In this document: positions 1-10,499 of the stretch, piece by piece | How positions within the stretch are numbered: position 1 is the first letter of the stretch | How the letters are laid out: the number at the start of each line of letters is the position of its first letter | NCBI GenBank assembly: GCA_963664175.2 | Contig: CAXXOI010000013.1 | Span: 9,784-73,783 of the forward strand | DNA: 64,000 nt | Direction: 5' to 3' | DNA from: Dehalococcoidia bacterium | Lineage (GTDB): Bacteria; Chloroflexota; Dehalococcoidia; Lucifugimonadales; UBA3495 | Program-made: the position numbers and the translations under genes | Notes under the pieces: generated by a model | What the model was told of the DNA's origin: nothing | What the model saw: the letters and a program-made list of their open reading frames with translations, nothing else | Databases searched by the model: none

Positions 1-1591
1 CGTTAGCTCCCCTGCGTAACACCCGCCCGGGCAAAGCCCCGGTGTGCTCTGCTTCATCAATGACCACCTCCCCGTTCACCACCACAGTCGAGATGCCCGT
101 GGCGTATTGGTGCGGCTCATCGTATGTGGCCACCTCCGCCACGGTGTCCGGGTCGAAGACCGTGACGTCGGCCCAGTTGCCCTCTGTCAAGGTGCCCCGG
201 TCCACCAGCCGGAGGGCCGCAGCCGACCCTCCGGTCATCTTGTGGACGGCGGTGTGCAGGGGCATCAGGCCCAGGTCGCGGACGTAGTGGCCAAGGACCC
301 GGACGAAGGTCCCGTAGAACCGGGGGTGCGGCTTCCCCTGCCCGGTAATGCCGTAGGGCGCCAGTGAGTTGCCGTCGGAGCCTACCAGGACCATGGGCGA
401 GCGCAGGATTTCCTGCACGTCCTCTTCCGCCATTGAGGTGACTACGATACGGGTGTGGCCCCGGTCGGCCAGGAGTATGTCGCAGGCGGCGTCCAACTGG
501 TCGATGCCCCTGGCCTCCGCCACCTGGCCAACCGTCTGACCGGCCAGCTCGGGAGTCTCGGGGCTGATGGCGATACGGACGGCGTGCCACGATTCCACTC
601 GCCCGAAATTGTTGAGCCCGTCCTGCAGGATATCGCCCCGTATGCGCTCCCTTGCCTCGCCGTCCCGCAGTCTCTGCAGCATGGGCTCCACCCCGCCCTC
701 CTGCACCCAGACGGGCAGCAGGTTGCGCAGGGGGTTGGTGCCCGCTGTATACGGATACTGGTCGCAAAAGACGTCGATACCCTGCTCCTTCGCTTCGATT
801 ATCAGTGACAGCAGCGACGGCACGTCTCCCCAGTTGTCCGTGCCCGAGAGCTTCAGGTGGGCGATCTGCACCCGCACTCCGGCGCTCTCGCCGATGCCAA
901 TGGCCTCTCTCACTGCATCGAACACGTGGTTGGCCTCGTCGCGGATGTGCGAGGCGTAGGTTGCGCCGTGCTGGCGCAGGACAGTTGCCAGGGACAGCAG
1001 CTCCTCTCTCCTGGCATAGTTGCCCGGCGCGGTGAACAGCCCGGTCGACATGCCCAGGGCGCCCGCCTCCAGTCCCTCGGCCAAGAGCTGCTGCATATGC
1101 GACAGCTCGCTGTCAGTGGGGTCCCGAGCCTCCAGGCCCACGGCCATCAGCCGCAGGGTCGCGTGTCCCACCTGCATCACCGTGTTCACCGAGGTGGCGG
1201 GGAAGCCGTCCACGTACTGGGCAAAGGTGCGCGGCTCGTATTCCAGCCATGGAGCTCCGGCCCTCAGGTAGTCCTGGAGGGCTTCGGCCTTGCCGGGCAA
1301 CACGGGGGCAGTGGAGTAGCCGCAGTTGCCCACCACCTCCGTGGTGACTCCCTGGCGGATCTTGCTCTCGGCCAGCGGGTTCAGGGGGAGGGTGAAATCG
1401 GAGTGGGTGTGTATGTCGATGAAACCCGGAGCGACGATCTGTCCCGAGGCATCGATCTCCCGTTGAGCCTCCAGGTCTCCGCAGTCTCCCACGGCAGAGA
1501 TGCGTCCGTTTCTGATGGCAACGTCCGCCCGCCGCGCTGGTGTGCCAGTGCCGTCGATCACCTGTCCACCGCGAATCAACAGGTCTTCCAT
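1..1591 (-). CDS. N-acyl-D-amino-acid deacylase (D-aminoacylase) family amidohydrolase; C-terminus runs off the window
   Basis: Absent from the ORF track because no stop is reached. Manual minus-strand translation from ATG at 1591-1589 gives MEDLLIRGGQVIDGTGTPARRADVAIRNGRISAVGD...APGFIDIHTHSDFTL...GVTTEVVGNCG...HLKLSG...VLVGSDG, open to base 1. The HxH metal motif and overall layout are typical of D-aminoacylases. ORFs 117..767, 857..1726 and 1113..1598 are shadows of it. Confidence 0.8.
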   Translation of the reverse strand, partial: MEDLLIRGGQVIDGTGTPARRADVAIRNGRISAVGDCGDLEAQREIDASGQIVAPGFIDIHTHSDFTLPLNPLAESKIRQGVTTEVVGNCGYSTAPVLPGKAEALQDYLRAGAPWLEYEPRTFAQYVDGFPATSVNTVMQVGHATLRLMAVGLEARDPTDSELSHMQQLLAEGLEAGALGMSTGLFTAPGNYARREELLSLATVLRQHGATYASHIRDEANHVFDAVREAIGIGESAGVRVQIAHLKLSGTDNWGDVPSLLSLIIEAKEQGIDVFCDQYPYTAGTNPLRNLLPVWVQEGGVEPMLQRLRDGEARERIRGDILQDGLNNFGRVESWHAVRIAISPETPELAGQTVGQVAEARGIDQLDAACDILLADRGHTRIVVTSMAEEDVQEILRSPMVLVGSDGNSLAPYGITGQGKPHPRFYGTFVRVLGHYVRDLGLMPLHTAVHKMTGGSAAALRLVDRGTLTEGNWADVTVFDPDTVAEVATYDEPHQYATGISTVVVNGEVVIDEAEHTGALPGRVLRRGAN

Positions 1592-2223
1592 GCGTCACTC
1601 CTCGATGTCGGGTCCGATGGCCAGCGAGTCCACCGCCCGTTAATGGCTAACCAACAACTCTTGGATAGAGGCCGCTGGCGGCAGGGACCGGCCCGGACTG
1701 CACACCCTCCGGCGGCATGGCGATAGTTTACGCCAGAACGGACCCGTCCTCCACGATCTCAATGGTCGTTACGAAACAGTGAATGAGAGCTTACCGCTCC
1801 GGGAAGGCACCTTCCAAGAGGAACGCCCGGAGGTCGGCCACGTACCCTTTTGATCTCCAAACTGGGGGACGACTCCGCCCATCGTTGCAACCCAGCAGCG
1901 GGGTCTGGGAATAATATCCTGCCGGCGCAGAGCAAATCCGCTTACCCTCTTCACGTGCGCTACAATTAAATCCTTGTGCAAGTTTCTGGCTATGCTCACA
2001 TTGGTCCCGTTGTAGCAGGGATGGCCACCAAAGCAAGCGCAGCCCGGGGTTGAGTGAGACATATGCACAGTGCTTATTCAGTCTACGGTTCCAACTTTAG
2101 CTCTTCCTCTTAGGCCAATGGAACCGCAAGACTATTCCTCGTCGATCAGACCTTCAGGCTGCTGTCCTGATCTTCCCACCCTTCTGGTCATGCGCCTCAA
2201 CTTGGCTTTTAATAGCGCCGGAT

Positions 2224-2625
2224 CTATGGACCATGCCCGAGTGCTGCGCTGATGCGAACTCTGGCAAGCACGTACGCGTGGTGGCCATCGATCCACCCAT
2301 AGTCTCTCTTCAAGTGATCAGGCACTGACTGACATCGTCCTTTGCTACTGAAAAGCCGGTGCACCCGTTCTCCATAATTCGGTTGGTGAAGTCCATCCAA
2401 CTGGCAACCGAAAGGCGGTAGATCCAAAGTGTACGACCTCGTGGGGAACTTTTCCCCTTGCGATGTGACGCTCGTCTCCTTGCCGGAACAATGGGTGCAA
2501 CTAAACTGAGTACAAGCCCCAACGGCCGGTGGAGCTGCTCTGACAAAGCCATCCGTCGAGCACGGCGCGTGGTCAATTGTTGTTTTAGTGGAACTCCTCA
2601 ACGAGCGAATGCATTGGGAAATCAC
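2224..2625 (-). CDS. Hypothetical 133-aa Cys-rich protein conserved in both repeat copies
   Basis: ORF-track protein is nearly identical to 49685..50086. It diverges from the integrase gene and contains CTQFSCTHC. No family recognised; could be non-coding. Confidence 0.3.
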   Translation of the reverse strand: MISQCIRSLRSSTKTTIDHAPCSTDGFVRAAPPAVGACTQFSCTHCSGKETSVTSQGEKFPTRSYTLDLPPFGCQLDGLHQPNYGERVHRLFSSKGRCQSVPDHLKRDYGWIDGHHAYVLARVRISAALGHGP

Positions 2626-2653
2626 ACGAGACGCTTCCCATAGCAGGTAGGCG

Positions 2654-3803
2654 ATGGCGCGTGGGACGATTAGACAGCGTTCGAAAGTCAGGAAGGACTC
2701 GTGGACCGTCCAGGTCTACACCGGTGTGGACCCCAACACTAGGAAGAAGCGCTATTACTAAGAAGCTGTCAAGGGGACCAAGACCTTGGCCCAGCACCGA
2801 CTGACCGAGTTGCTGCGCTAAGTGGACACAGGTACTTTCGTGGAGCCCTCTCGCCAGACGGTGGCTGCATATCTCGAGCAATGGCTCCGGGATTCAGCGG
2901 CGCCCCGTGTCTCCAGCCGTACGCTGGAGAGCTATAAGGGTAATGTTGATCGCTACCTCGTGACCAAGCTGGGTGAAGTTCCTCTGGAAAAGCCTGCCCC
3001 TCGTCACGTGCAGGAAATGGAAGCTCAACTCCTAAAAAAGGCGGTAGAAATGGAGGGCCACTTTCACCCCGGACCGTGGTCCAAGTCCACAGAGTTCTAT
3101 CAAAGGCAATGAACGTCGCAGTCAAGCTCGGTATAGTGTTCAGGAACGCGGTCGATGCTGTTGAGCCTCACCGTACGACCAAGTACGAGGCGCAGTATCT
3201 GGGCTGGGAAGAGGTGCACGCTTTCCTGGACCAAATAACAGACCCGCTGCATCAGACCCTGGCCTTGCTAGCCATTCAGACGGGGCTGCGAGGTCCGAGT
3301 TAAGGGGACTCCATTGGAGAGACATTGATTTTTGTGCCAGCACGCTGTCCGTGCGAAGGGCGCTAATCAAGCTGGCATCCAGCGCGACGGAATTGGAGGT
3401 GCCCAAGAATGGCCACGGACGAGTAGTTGACTTGCCTTCAGAGTCGTACGAGGCTTTGAAGGCTCACCGGGAACGAAATCGGGATACCTCGGGGATTGGC
3501 AATTTCGTTTTTTGCCATTCTGATGGGTCTCCCCTCGATCCTGACCTTGTAACTCAAGCGTTTGAGCGCTTGGCGAAGAAAGTTGGTCTGCCGGGATTGA
3601 GGCTCCACGACCTGCGCCACACTCTCGCCTCCTTGATGATGTCTCAAGGTATACACACCAAGATAGTCTCCAAACGGTTGGGGTATAGTTCCATCGGAAT
3701 AACGATTGATTTATACTCGCATGTGTTGCCAACGGTGCAAGGAGAGGAATTAAGCCATTTGGGGGCTGAGTGGAAGAAAAGAATGGCAGATTCAGGTGAC
3801 TGA
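2654..3803 (+). pseudogene. Tyrosine (phage-type) integrase, copy 1, disrupted
   Basis: Starts MARGTIRQRSKVRKDSWTVQVYTGVDPNT. In-frame TAA at 2759-2761 and 2819-2821. Frameshifts near 3040 and 3290 split it into track ORFs 2822..3112, 3076..3303 and 3351..3803. The C-terminal part keeps LRLHDLRHT...IDLYSHV (HxxR and catalytic Tyr). Confidence 0.9.
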
Positions 3804-3824
3804 AATCCTCTAGTATCGTATCTC

Positions 3825-3863
3825 GGGAGTGGATGGGGCCCGGTGGCCCTTGCGGTCTTCAAA
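3825..3863 (+). other. Truncated tRNA-Sec 5' half (acceptor 5' strand through anticodon loop); putative attL core
   Basis: The 39 nt GGGAGTGGATGGGGCCCGGTGGCCCTTGCGGTCTTCAAA are identical to positions 1-39 of the tRNA at 51306-51402. Identity stops inside the anticodon loop. Confidence 0.85.
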
Positions 3864-4766
3864 TAAGTAAGGATAGCCTTTGGGAGCCTCACCCAGACCC
3901 ATTCAGCTATGAAATCGCTGGCAGAAGCCATCTCTAGGGATCTTTTCCCAGCTTTGAGGCGAATGTAGCCGCGTGGAGAGTAATGGCAAAAGAATGGCAA
4001 GTTCTCCCCTCACATTAGTGTCGTCTTGACGGCAAATTTTGCTAATGTCGGTGGGCTGTAACTCCCTCCCTCCCTCCGGGGTGCCCGCACTGCTGTCATT
4101 CCCGACATTGCTACCAAGGGTATGCATGTCACGGCGACACACATAATCTTTGCAGTCAAACTTTTCGGGTGAGAACCAAAAAGACGGTAAAGAATTCGTC
4201 CGATCGGGTTCAACAGTTCGCTATTTCTGCTCAGCTAATGATGACCATAATGTTAATCCCCCTCGTCCCTAGGAATGCCGCCAGGTTCCTTTCCACCACT
4301 CGTTTTACTGCTGGTCCTTTTGCATCTACCAAGGCAGAATGGCTGCGCGTCGCCACCTGATTCCAAACCGTGATATAGCCTAGTCGCTCGCCTATTGGCC
4401 GGCGCGACCTCCCCCGGGCACTCACCGTCGACAAGGGGACCATACCGGGTTCTCGCACCTTTCGCTTGGTTTGTGTACGGGTTCGTATCGAGCGGCGCAT
4501 CGATACCCCGTTGCCGTCTGGGACCTACGAATCATGGAATCGGTTGGCGATTTGGCACGCGATTTGTCGTTGGAGGAAGTCAACATCGCCGATCTGTGAT
4601 TTTCTGCGACTGCATACATTCCGCTCCGTTCGCGCCCCTTTTCGTAATTGAGTTCAGATCGATTATCTCGGAATCAGACTTCTCTCATTAGTTTTTCCTC
4701 CAGCTTTTTCTGTCGACGGCCTCAATCTTCGTCAGTCTTCCCGCCCCGACTGACATTCCACTCCTC

Positions 4767-5270
4767 TTGGACAATGCCGAACTTTCCCGCAACTACCGGC
4801 AAACATTGCCGGGATCCAGTCCTGTATTTTTCAATGGAATTGACAGTAATGGTTTGAGAAGACTCTACACACGGGCGCGGCGGGTGCAGGACATGGAGGT
4901 CCAAGACGATTGGGAGTTTTTCCTAGACAACCTGCGAACGGGGAGTGAACAGCTACTGATCCTGATGGAGGATCCCGAGTCAGAACTTGGCTGGAGGTTG
5001 CTGACCAAAGGCGATGTGAATACTCTCCGGCAAATCCTGGATCACCAGACAAGCGAATCAGCCACCCTTCCGAACAGGCTCTGCTACAACGTGGAAGAGG
5101 CCGCACAACTGGTGGGTGTGTCAGTGCACAAATTCAACGGGTGGTTGAAGCGGAGGGACCACCCGATCCCGCACATTCAGGACGGCAGGAGGATCATCAT
5201 ACCGGGAGAAATGTTGGAAGAGTGGCTCCGGGACGAGGCTCTTAGAAACATTCTTGCATCTGACAAGTAG
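4767..5270 (+). CDS. Excisionase/MerR-like helix-turn-helix DNA-binding protein (real start may be ATG at 4893)
   Basis: C-terminal CYNVEEAAQLVGVSVHKFNGWLKRRDHPIPHIQDGRRIIIPGEMLEEWL resembles HTH_17/Xis-type DNA-binding domains. Located near the island end. Confidence 0.55.
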   Translation: MDNAELSRNYRQTLPGSSPVFFNGIDSNGLRRLYTRARRVQDMEVQDDWEFFLDNLRTGSEQLLILMEDPESELGWRLLTKGDVNTLRQILDHQTSESATLPNRLCYNVEEAAQLVGVSVHKFNGWLKRRDHPIPHIQDGRRIIIPGEMLEEWLRDEALRNILASDK

Positions 5271-5373
5271 AGGAAAGGTGTTGAACTCCTTGCCACATGG
5301 AGGAGCGAGTTACAACGCAAACCAGGCATGGTCAACTTTTACCTCGCTCTCAGTCCTGTGGGTCTGGTGTCCT

Positions 5374-6030
5374 TCAGAAGTCGCTGGTCGTGCCCTCCTC
5401 CTGAAAACCGTCGTCAGCTCCATCGGGGCAGTCGGCCGGGGTGATCTCACAGAACCGGCACTCCCCTGGGCTGGGCACCCGCTTGGCAGGAATCTGCGAC
5501 GCCAGGCGGCGGATGAGCGCGCCCAGGCTTTCGACAAACCTCCCGTCGACCGCCTCGGCCGGTATGTCGACCACATGGTCGGGGTAGGCCATCTGGCCGG
5601 CGATGCTGAGCCCACGGTACCGTTCCAGCGCGCAGGGCAGGGCGTACATGTAGATCAGCACCTGAGCGGTGTGGGCCGGGCTGGGACGGCTGGTCTTGGC
5701 GTCTATGACCGTTATCTGATCCCGTCGCCTGGCGACCAGGTCGGGCTTGCCGGCCAGCACGGCGCTGCTGCCCCGGAGGTTGAAGGAGTTCTGTCCCTCG
5801 GTCAGGACGCTGTAGCCCTGTTGCCCCCAACGCACACGCTGCACGTTCAGTAGTGCGGTGTGGTTCATCATCCAGCCGGTCTGGTCGAAATCGGAAGGCA
5901 TGCGGCTCCAGCTCCAGCCTTCGTGCTGGGCCTTGAACCACGATGACCACTCACAGGAGCTTCCCCCGGAGAGCAGGCTGGGCAGCCAGGTGATCCAGAT
6001 GTAGGGACCGGTGGGGCGGAGCTGGGCCAT
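5374..6030 (-). CDS. PD-(D/E)XK nuclease, Cas4/RecB-like, with Cys cluster
   Basis: KPDLVARRRDQITVIDAKTS (D...D-x-K type motif), plus one N-terminal Cys (SSCEW) and C-terminal CRFCEITPADC. This matches the Cas4/AddB-type 4-Cys Fe-S arrangement. Confidence 0.6.
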   Translation of the reverse strand: MAQLRPTGPYIWITWLPSLLSGGSSCEWSSWFKAQHEGWSWSRMPSDFDQTGWMMNHTALLNVQRVRWGQQGYSVLTEGQNSFNLRGSSAVLAGKPDLVARRRDQITVIDAKTSRPSPAHTAQVLIYMYALPCALERYRGLSIAGQMAYPDHVVDIPAEAVDGRFVESLGALIRRLASQIPAKRVPSPGECRFCEITPADCPDGADDGFQEEGTTSDF

Positions 6031-6847
6031 AATCCGATTCCCGTGGCGTTTGGTTTTAGGGACGGCTGTCTCTAGTTTTTGGGGGAGTTCCGCCGCTCAG
6101 CAACGGGCAATTGTCACCAATTGTGATGGCGGCTGAAGCTTTCCGTTGATCTTGCTGGTACATTCTTAGACAAGCGGGTATCTGGCTTAGGAAAGATGCC
6201 GGGTTCTGATTGTTGGCGGCCAGGCTTGGCGGGTGAGCGGCGGAAAGTTCATCGACGACACGAACGAGCTTGAGTAGATCTCCGCCTCTGTATGAAAAAC
6301 TGGGATGGTACCCGGTCTCCTTGTGGTGCTCGTCCTGCTGCTGGGCACCTCATCTGTGTCCCGGGACTGGAACCTTATTCGATGAGTTGACAGCGCCTGC
6401 TCCGTACTTGTGCTACGTCGACAATTCCTGCCGATATGGCGTTGATTGGTCTTGCGGTTCTCCTTGGCTTACCGAAAGGCTGCGTACAGCTTGGTTGATC
6501 GGCTGAACACTATGGACTTGCGCCGCCTACGGCTCCGGGCCAAGCCGGTCTTGCGGCCATTTCTGCTATAAGGGACGAATATGAGCATAGCCAGAACTAT
6601 GCTAATCGTAATTTTAAGCCGCCATGCCACAAGCGAGTACCAGTGACGCTTACGCATACAACCTACAGACCTAATGTCTGCGCTGTCCGACTGCGAGCAG
6701 GACTTCGAGGACATGGGGAGCGATGCCCCTGAGATCCTGTCTCCCGAAAGAGATGACGAGGCCGACTGGAAGCCCGGGACCTGTATGGCAGTACAGAATA
6801 AGGATTGACGAGACGAACCCTGCGAGTCGACACTGAATGCTGTCCAT

Positions 6848-9800
6848 TTGACCACTGGGGTTTTTGGACTCAGGAACCCATTCGACTCAGCGGTGCAAGA
6901 TATGGAGAACCCTTTCTTCGACGACCCGATACTGAACTCGCCTTACGACCACCCATCACGTCATTGGGAGTTGGACGAAGCGGGTCAACCGACCCAGGCC
7001 ATCATCGAGGCTCGCAGGGGAGCGGAGTTCATCACGCCCATCCCCAAGCCGCGTCAGCGAGGACGGGCGCGCGGCGGACGCCAAGAGCAACTGGTCTTCG
7101 ACGAGGGGCAAGGGCTTTCCACGGAAGAGCAGCAGTACGACGTTACTGCCGCGGTGAACGAGATTCGCCGGTACGTTGACCAGTGGCGTGAAATCCCCAA
7201 CCCTCGGGACTGGGGTGTGACGGCGGAGACCGCTCTGCTGCTCCAGCATTGGCGGCACCACAGGTTTAGCCACTACCGCCCTTTCTTCTGCCAGGTAGAG
7301 GCTGTTGAGACGCTTATTTGGCTCACGGAGGTTGCTCCCAAACTCGGTCAGGGCGAACGGCTGGCACTCCAGCGCCTGGAAAGCGCCAGCCTGGAAGCGA
7401 ATCCCGAACTGTTGCGGGTAGCACTGAAGCTGGCAACCGGGGCGGGCAAGACCACCGTGATGGCCATGATCATCGCGTGGCAGACCATCAACGCAGTGCG
7501 TCACCCAAACAGCCGCAGGTTTACCCGGGGGTTCCTGGTGGTGACACCTGGAATCACCATCCGCGACCGGCTCCGAGTGCTGCAACCGAACGACCCTGAC
7601 AGCTACTACGCCAGCAGGGAACTGGTGCCCACCGACATGTTGGGCGACCTGCAACGGGCGAAGATAGTCATCACCAACTACCACAGCCTCCGTCCCAGGG
7701 AACGACTGTCGATATCCAGCGGCGGCAGGGACCTCCTTCAAGGACACGGAAACCGCATCGAGACCGTGGAGACCGAGGGCCAGATGATGCAGCGGGTGAT
7801 GCCCGAACTGATGGCCCTGAAAAACATCATGGCGCTGAATGACGAGGGTCACCACTGCTATCGCCAAAAGCCCGGCGAGGCTGACGAAGGTCCTCTGACA
7901 GGGGAGGACAAGCGGGAAGCGGAACGGAACGCCGAGGAAGCCCGAGTGTGGCTCTCCGGGCTGGAGATGGTGAACAGGAAGCTCGGCGTCCGGAAGGTGG
8001 TGGACCTGTCGGCCACGCCGTTCTTCCTGCGGGGATCGGGCTACGCCGAAGGAACGCTGTTCCCGTGGACGGTGAGCGACTTCTCGTTGATGGACGCCAT
8101 CGAGTGTGGCATCGTCAAGCTGCCGCGCGTTCCGGTGGCGGATAACATACCGGGAGCCGACGTGCCGGTGTTCCGCAACCTGTGGGAGCACATTCGGGGA
8201 GAAATGCCGCGGGCGGGAAGGGGCCGGTCGGGTGTCCTGGATCCTCTGGACCTGCCCACGCCATTGCAGACAGCCCTGGAGGCCCTGTACGGGCACTACG
8301 AAAAGACATTCAAGGAGTGGGTGGCAGACGGTGCCGAGTGCCCGCCGTGTTTCATCGTGGTGTGCAACAACACGTCCACATCCAAGCTGGTCTATGACTA
8401 CATCTCCGGATTTGAGCGCGAGAACGAGGACGGCACCACCTCGGTGGTCAACGGGCGGATGGAATTGTTCCGAAACTTCGACGAGTACAGCAACCGGTAC
8501 TCCATCCCCCGAACCCTGCTGATTGACAGCCAGCAGCTCGAGTCCGGCGAAAAGCTGAGCGATGACTTCCGCCGCGCCGCCGCCGACCTGATCGAGCGGT
8601 TCAGGCGGGAACGCCAGGAACGCACTGGCAACCGGGAGGAGGCCGACAACATATCGGAGCAGGATCTCCTGCGCGAGGCCATGAACACCGTCGGCAAGGA
8701 GGGGCGTCTGGGCCAGGGCATCCGTTGCGTGGTCTCGGTGTCCATGCTCACCGAGGGGTGGGACGCCAACACCGTCACCCACGTGCTCGGCGTCAGGGCT
8801 TTCGGAACGCAGCTCCTGTGTGAGCAGGTGGTGGGCCGGGCTCTGCGGCGTCAGTCCTACGATCTGAACGACGACAACAAGTTCGACGTCGAGTACGCCG
8901 ATGTGCTCGGGATTCCCTTCGACTTCACCGCTCGGCCCGTGGTGGTGGGGCCCGGCAAGCCGCGGCAGACGGTGCAGGTTAAAGCGATGCGGCCCGAGCG
9001 GGGCCACCTGGAGATCACCTTCCCGAGGGTGGCCGGCTACCGGGAAGACCCTCCCAAAGAGGACTTGGTGGCAAACTTCACCGATGACTCACGGCTGGAT
9101 CTGACGCCGGAACTGGTGGGGCCGACGGAAACAAGAAACGAGGGCATTATCGGCGAGGGCGTGAACCTTAACCTGGTGCACACCGGCGACCTGCGCATGT
9201 CGACGCTGGTGCTCCACCTGACCAAGCGCTTGCTGGAGACCAAGTGGCGCGACCCGAATGAGGACATGAAGCTGCACTTGTTCGGCAAATTGCGGAGCGT
9301 GGTCAAGGAGTGGCTGGACAACTACCTGGACTGCCGGGGCGGGACCTATCCGGCGCAGCTGATGTACCAGTCGCTGGCCGACATGGCCTGCAACCGCATC
9401 ACAGCCGCCATCACCAGCAGATACGGTGAGCGGTCCGTCAAGGCTCTGCTGGACTCGTTCAACCCCACAGGCTCAACTCGCAACGTGAACTTCACCACCT
9501 CGCGGGAAGGACTGTGGGCCACGGACTCCCGTAAGTGCCATGTCAACTATGTCGTGCTGGACAGTGACTGGGAGGCGGAGTTCTGCCGGGTGGTGGAGTC
9601 TCACCCGTCGGTGCGGGCCTACGTCAAGAACCACAACCTGGGGCTGGAGGTGCCGTACCTATACGGCTCCACGCCCCGGCGCTACTTTCCCGACTTCATC
9701 CTGCTGGTGGACGATGGGCACGAGGACCCGCTGCATCTCATCGTTGAGATCAAGGGATACCGGGGTGAGGACGCCAAGGAGAAGAAGAACACCATGGAGG

Positions 9801-10072
9801 CCTACTGGCTTCCGGGCGTGAACGCCTTGGGCGACTACGGCCGCTGGGCCTTTGCTGAGTTCACCGACGTATTTGACATCGAACTCGGCCTGCGGCAGGT
9901 GATCGAGGCTCACCAAAGAGGCTCCGGGAATGGCCCACTTGACTATAGCGGCCTCAGTTTCAAGGAGTTATTGGTGTCAGGTCCTTCCTTCGACGATCTG
10001 GATCTGACACGATCAGTCGACTACGGACGTGATGTATCTTTTCTTCATGATGATGTCAGCGAGTCCCCTTAG
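6848..10072 (+). CDS. res: Type III restriction enzyme Res subunit (SF2 helicase + PD-(D/E)xK nuclease) with an extra antitoxin-like C-terminal tail
   Basis: LKLATGAGKTTVMA (motif I), NDEGHHCY (DExH), TEGWDANTV...QVVGRALRR (motif VI), YFPDFILLV...VEIKGY (nuclease). The last ~50 aa (nt 9911-10069) lie beyond the nuclease core. Confidence 0.9.
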   Translation: MTTGVFGLRNPFDSAVQDMENPFFDDPILNSPYDHPSRHWELDEAGQPTQAIIEARRGAEFITPIPKPRQRGRARGGRQEQLVFDEGQGLSTEEQQYDVTAAVNEIRRYVDQWREIPNPRDWGVTAETALLLQHWRHHRFSHYRPFFCQVEAVETLIWLTEVAPKLGQGERLALQRLESASLEANPELLRVALKLATGAGKTTVMAMIIAWQTINAVRHPNSRRFTRGFLVVTPGITIRDRLRVLQPNDPDSYYASRELVPTDMLGDLQRAKIVITNYHSLRPRERLSISSGGRDLLQGHGNRIETVETEGQMMQRVMPELMALKNIMALNDEGHHCYRQKPGEADEGPLTGEDKREAERNAEEARVWLSGLEMVNRKLGVRKVVDLSATPFFLRGSGYAEGTLFPWTVSDFSLMDAIECGIVKLPRVPVADNIPGADVPVFRNLWEHIRGEMPRAGRGRSGVLDPLDLPTPLQTALEALYGHYEKTFKEWVADGAECPPCFIVVCNNTSTSKLVYDYISGFERENEDGTTSVVNGRMELFRNFDEYSNRYSIPRTLLIDSQQLESGEKLSDDFRRAAADLIERFRRERQERTGNREEADNISEQDLLREAMNTVGKEGRLGQGIRCVVSVSMLTEGWDANTVTHVLGVRAFGTQLLCEQVVGRALRRQSYDLNDDNKFDVEYADVLGIPFDFTARPVVVGPGKPRQTVQVKAMRPERGHLEITFPRVAGYREDPPKEDLVANFTDDSRLDLTPELVGPTETRNEGIIGEGVNLNLVHTGDLRMSTLVLHLTKRLLETKWRDPNEDMKLHLFGKLRSVVKEWLDNYLDCRGGTYPAQLMYQSLADMACNRITAAITSRYGERSVKALLDSFNPTGSTRNVNFTTSREGLWATDSRKCHVNYVVLDSDWEAEFCRVVESHPSVRAYVKNHNLGLEVPYLYGSTPRRYFPDFILLVDDGHEDPLHLIVEIKGYRGEDAKEKKNTMEAYWLPGVNALGDYGRWAFAEFTDVFDIELGLRQVIEAHQRGSGNGPLDYSGLSFKELLVSGPSFDDLDLTRSVDYGRDVSFLHDDVSESP

Positions 10073-10497
10073 TGTATTTGCTAGACACCAACGTCGTCTC
10101 AGAGTTGCGCAGGCGAGACAGGTGCGACGAGAACGTGGCTTCCTGGTATGACAGTATTTCAGACGACGAGCTGTTCTTGAGCGTGCTGACGTTGGGCGAA
10201 ATTCGCAAGGGGATCGTGCTGGTTCAGGATCGCGACCCCTTACAGGCTGAAGCCCTTGACCATTGGCTGACGCATATGAAACAAAGTTACGATGGACGGA
10301 TTTTGTCAGTAAGCTCGAACGTTTCAGAAGTATGGGGTCAAATGCACTACATCCGAAACGCCCCCGTCGTTGATGGCCTTCTTGCGGCCACTGCCATGGT
10401 CCATAATCTGACGCTGGTAACACGCAACATTCAGCATGTGCAGGGCCTGGGCGCGAGCCTGCTCAATCCCTTTGCACCTGCCGCGGGAGGGCAATAG
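10072..10497 (+). CDS. vapC: VapC/FitB-like PIN-domain toxin
   Basis: MYLLDTNVVSELRR..., LTLGEIRKG, VDGLLAATA, LVTRNIQH: the typical PIN acidic-residue layout. The GTG start overlaps the res stop by 1 nt (TAGTG). The stop is 2 nt before the mod ATG. Confidence 0.85.
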   Translation: MYLLDTNVVSELRRRDRCDENVASWYDSISDDELFLSVLTLGEIRKGIVLVQDRDPLQAEALDHWLTHMKQSYDGRILSVSSNVSEVWGQMHYIRNAPVVDGLLAATAMVHNLTLVTRNIQHVQGLGASLLNPFAPAAGGQ

Positions 10498-10499
10498 CC

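Larger units (their letters stand above)
2213..3863. repeat. Direct repeat copy A (small ORF + integrase + tRNA-Sec 5' half); partner at 49674-51344
   Basis: Sequence identity with copy B starts at TAGCGCCGGATCTATGG (2213 / 49674) and ends at ...GCGGTCTTCAAA (3863 / 51344). By eye there are only scattered substitutions and small indels. Confidence 0.9.

Noticed and set aside
1769-2068. 99-aa minus-strand ORF with TPGCACFGGHPCYNGT
   Set aside because: It lies in a lower-GC stretch between the D-aminoacylase gene and the repeat unit. No family recognised and no clear start context. Left uncalled.
1592-2212. Search for a second tRNA-Sec 5'-half copy (attL of the older integrase unit) and for any tRNA/tmRNA here
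   Set aside because: No match to GGGAGTGGATGGGG or other tRNA-like structure found by eye. The left boundary of the older element cannot be defined from this window.
6956-9007. 683-aa minus-strand ORF (and similar long ORFs at 11886..13139, 10626..11324, 55176..56717, 57630..58592, 59299..60177, 62272..63048, 117..767, 857..1726)
   Set aside because: All lie antisense to, or out of frame with, genes that have clear family motifs. Their translations are Arg/Gly/Pro/Ala-rich low-complexity strings typical of shadow ORFs in high-GC DNA.
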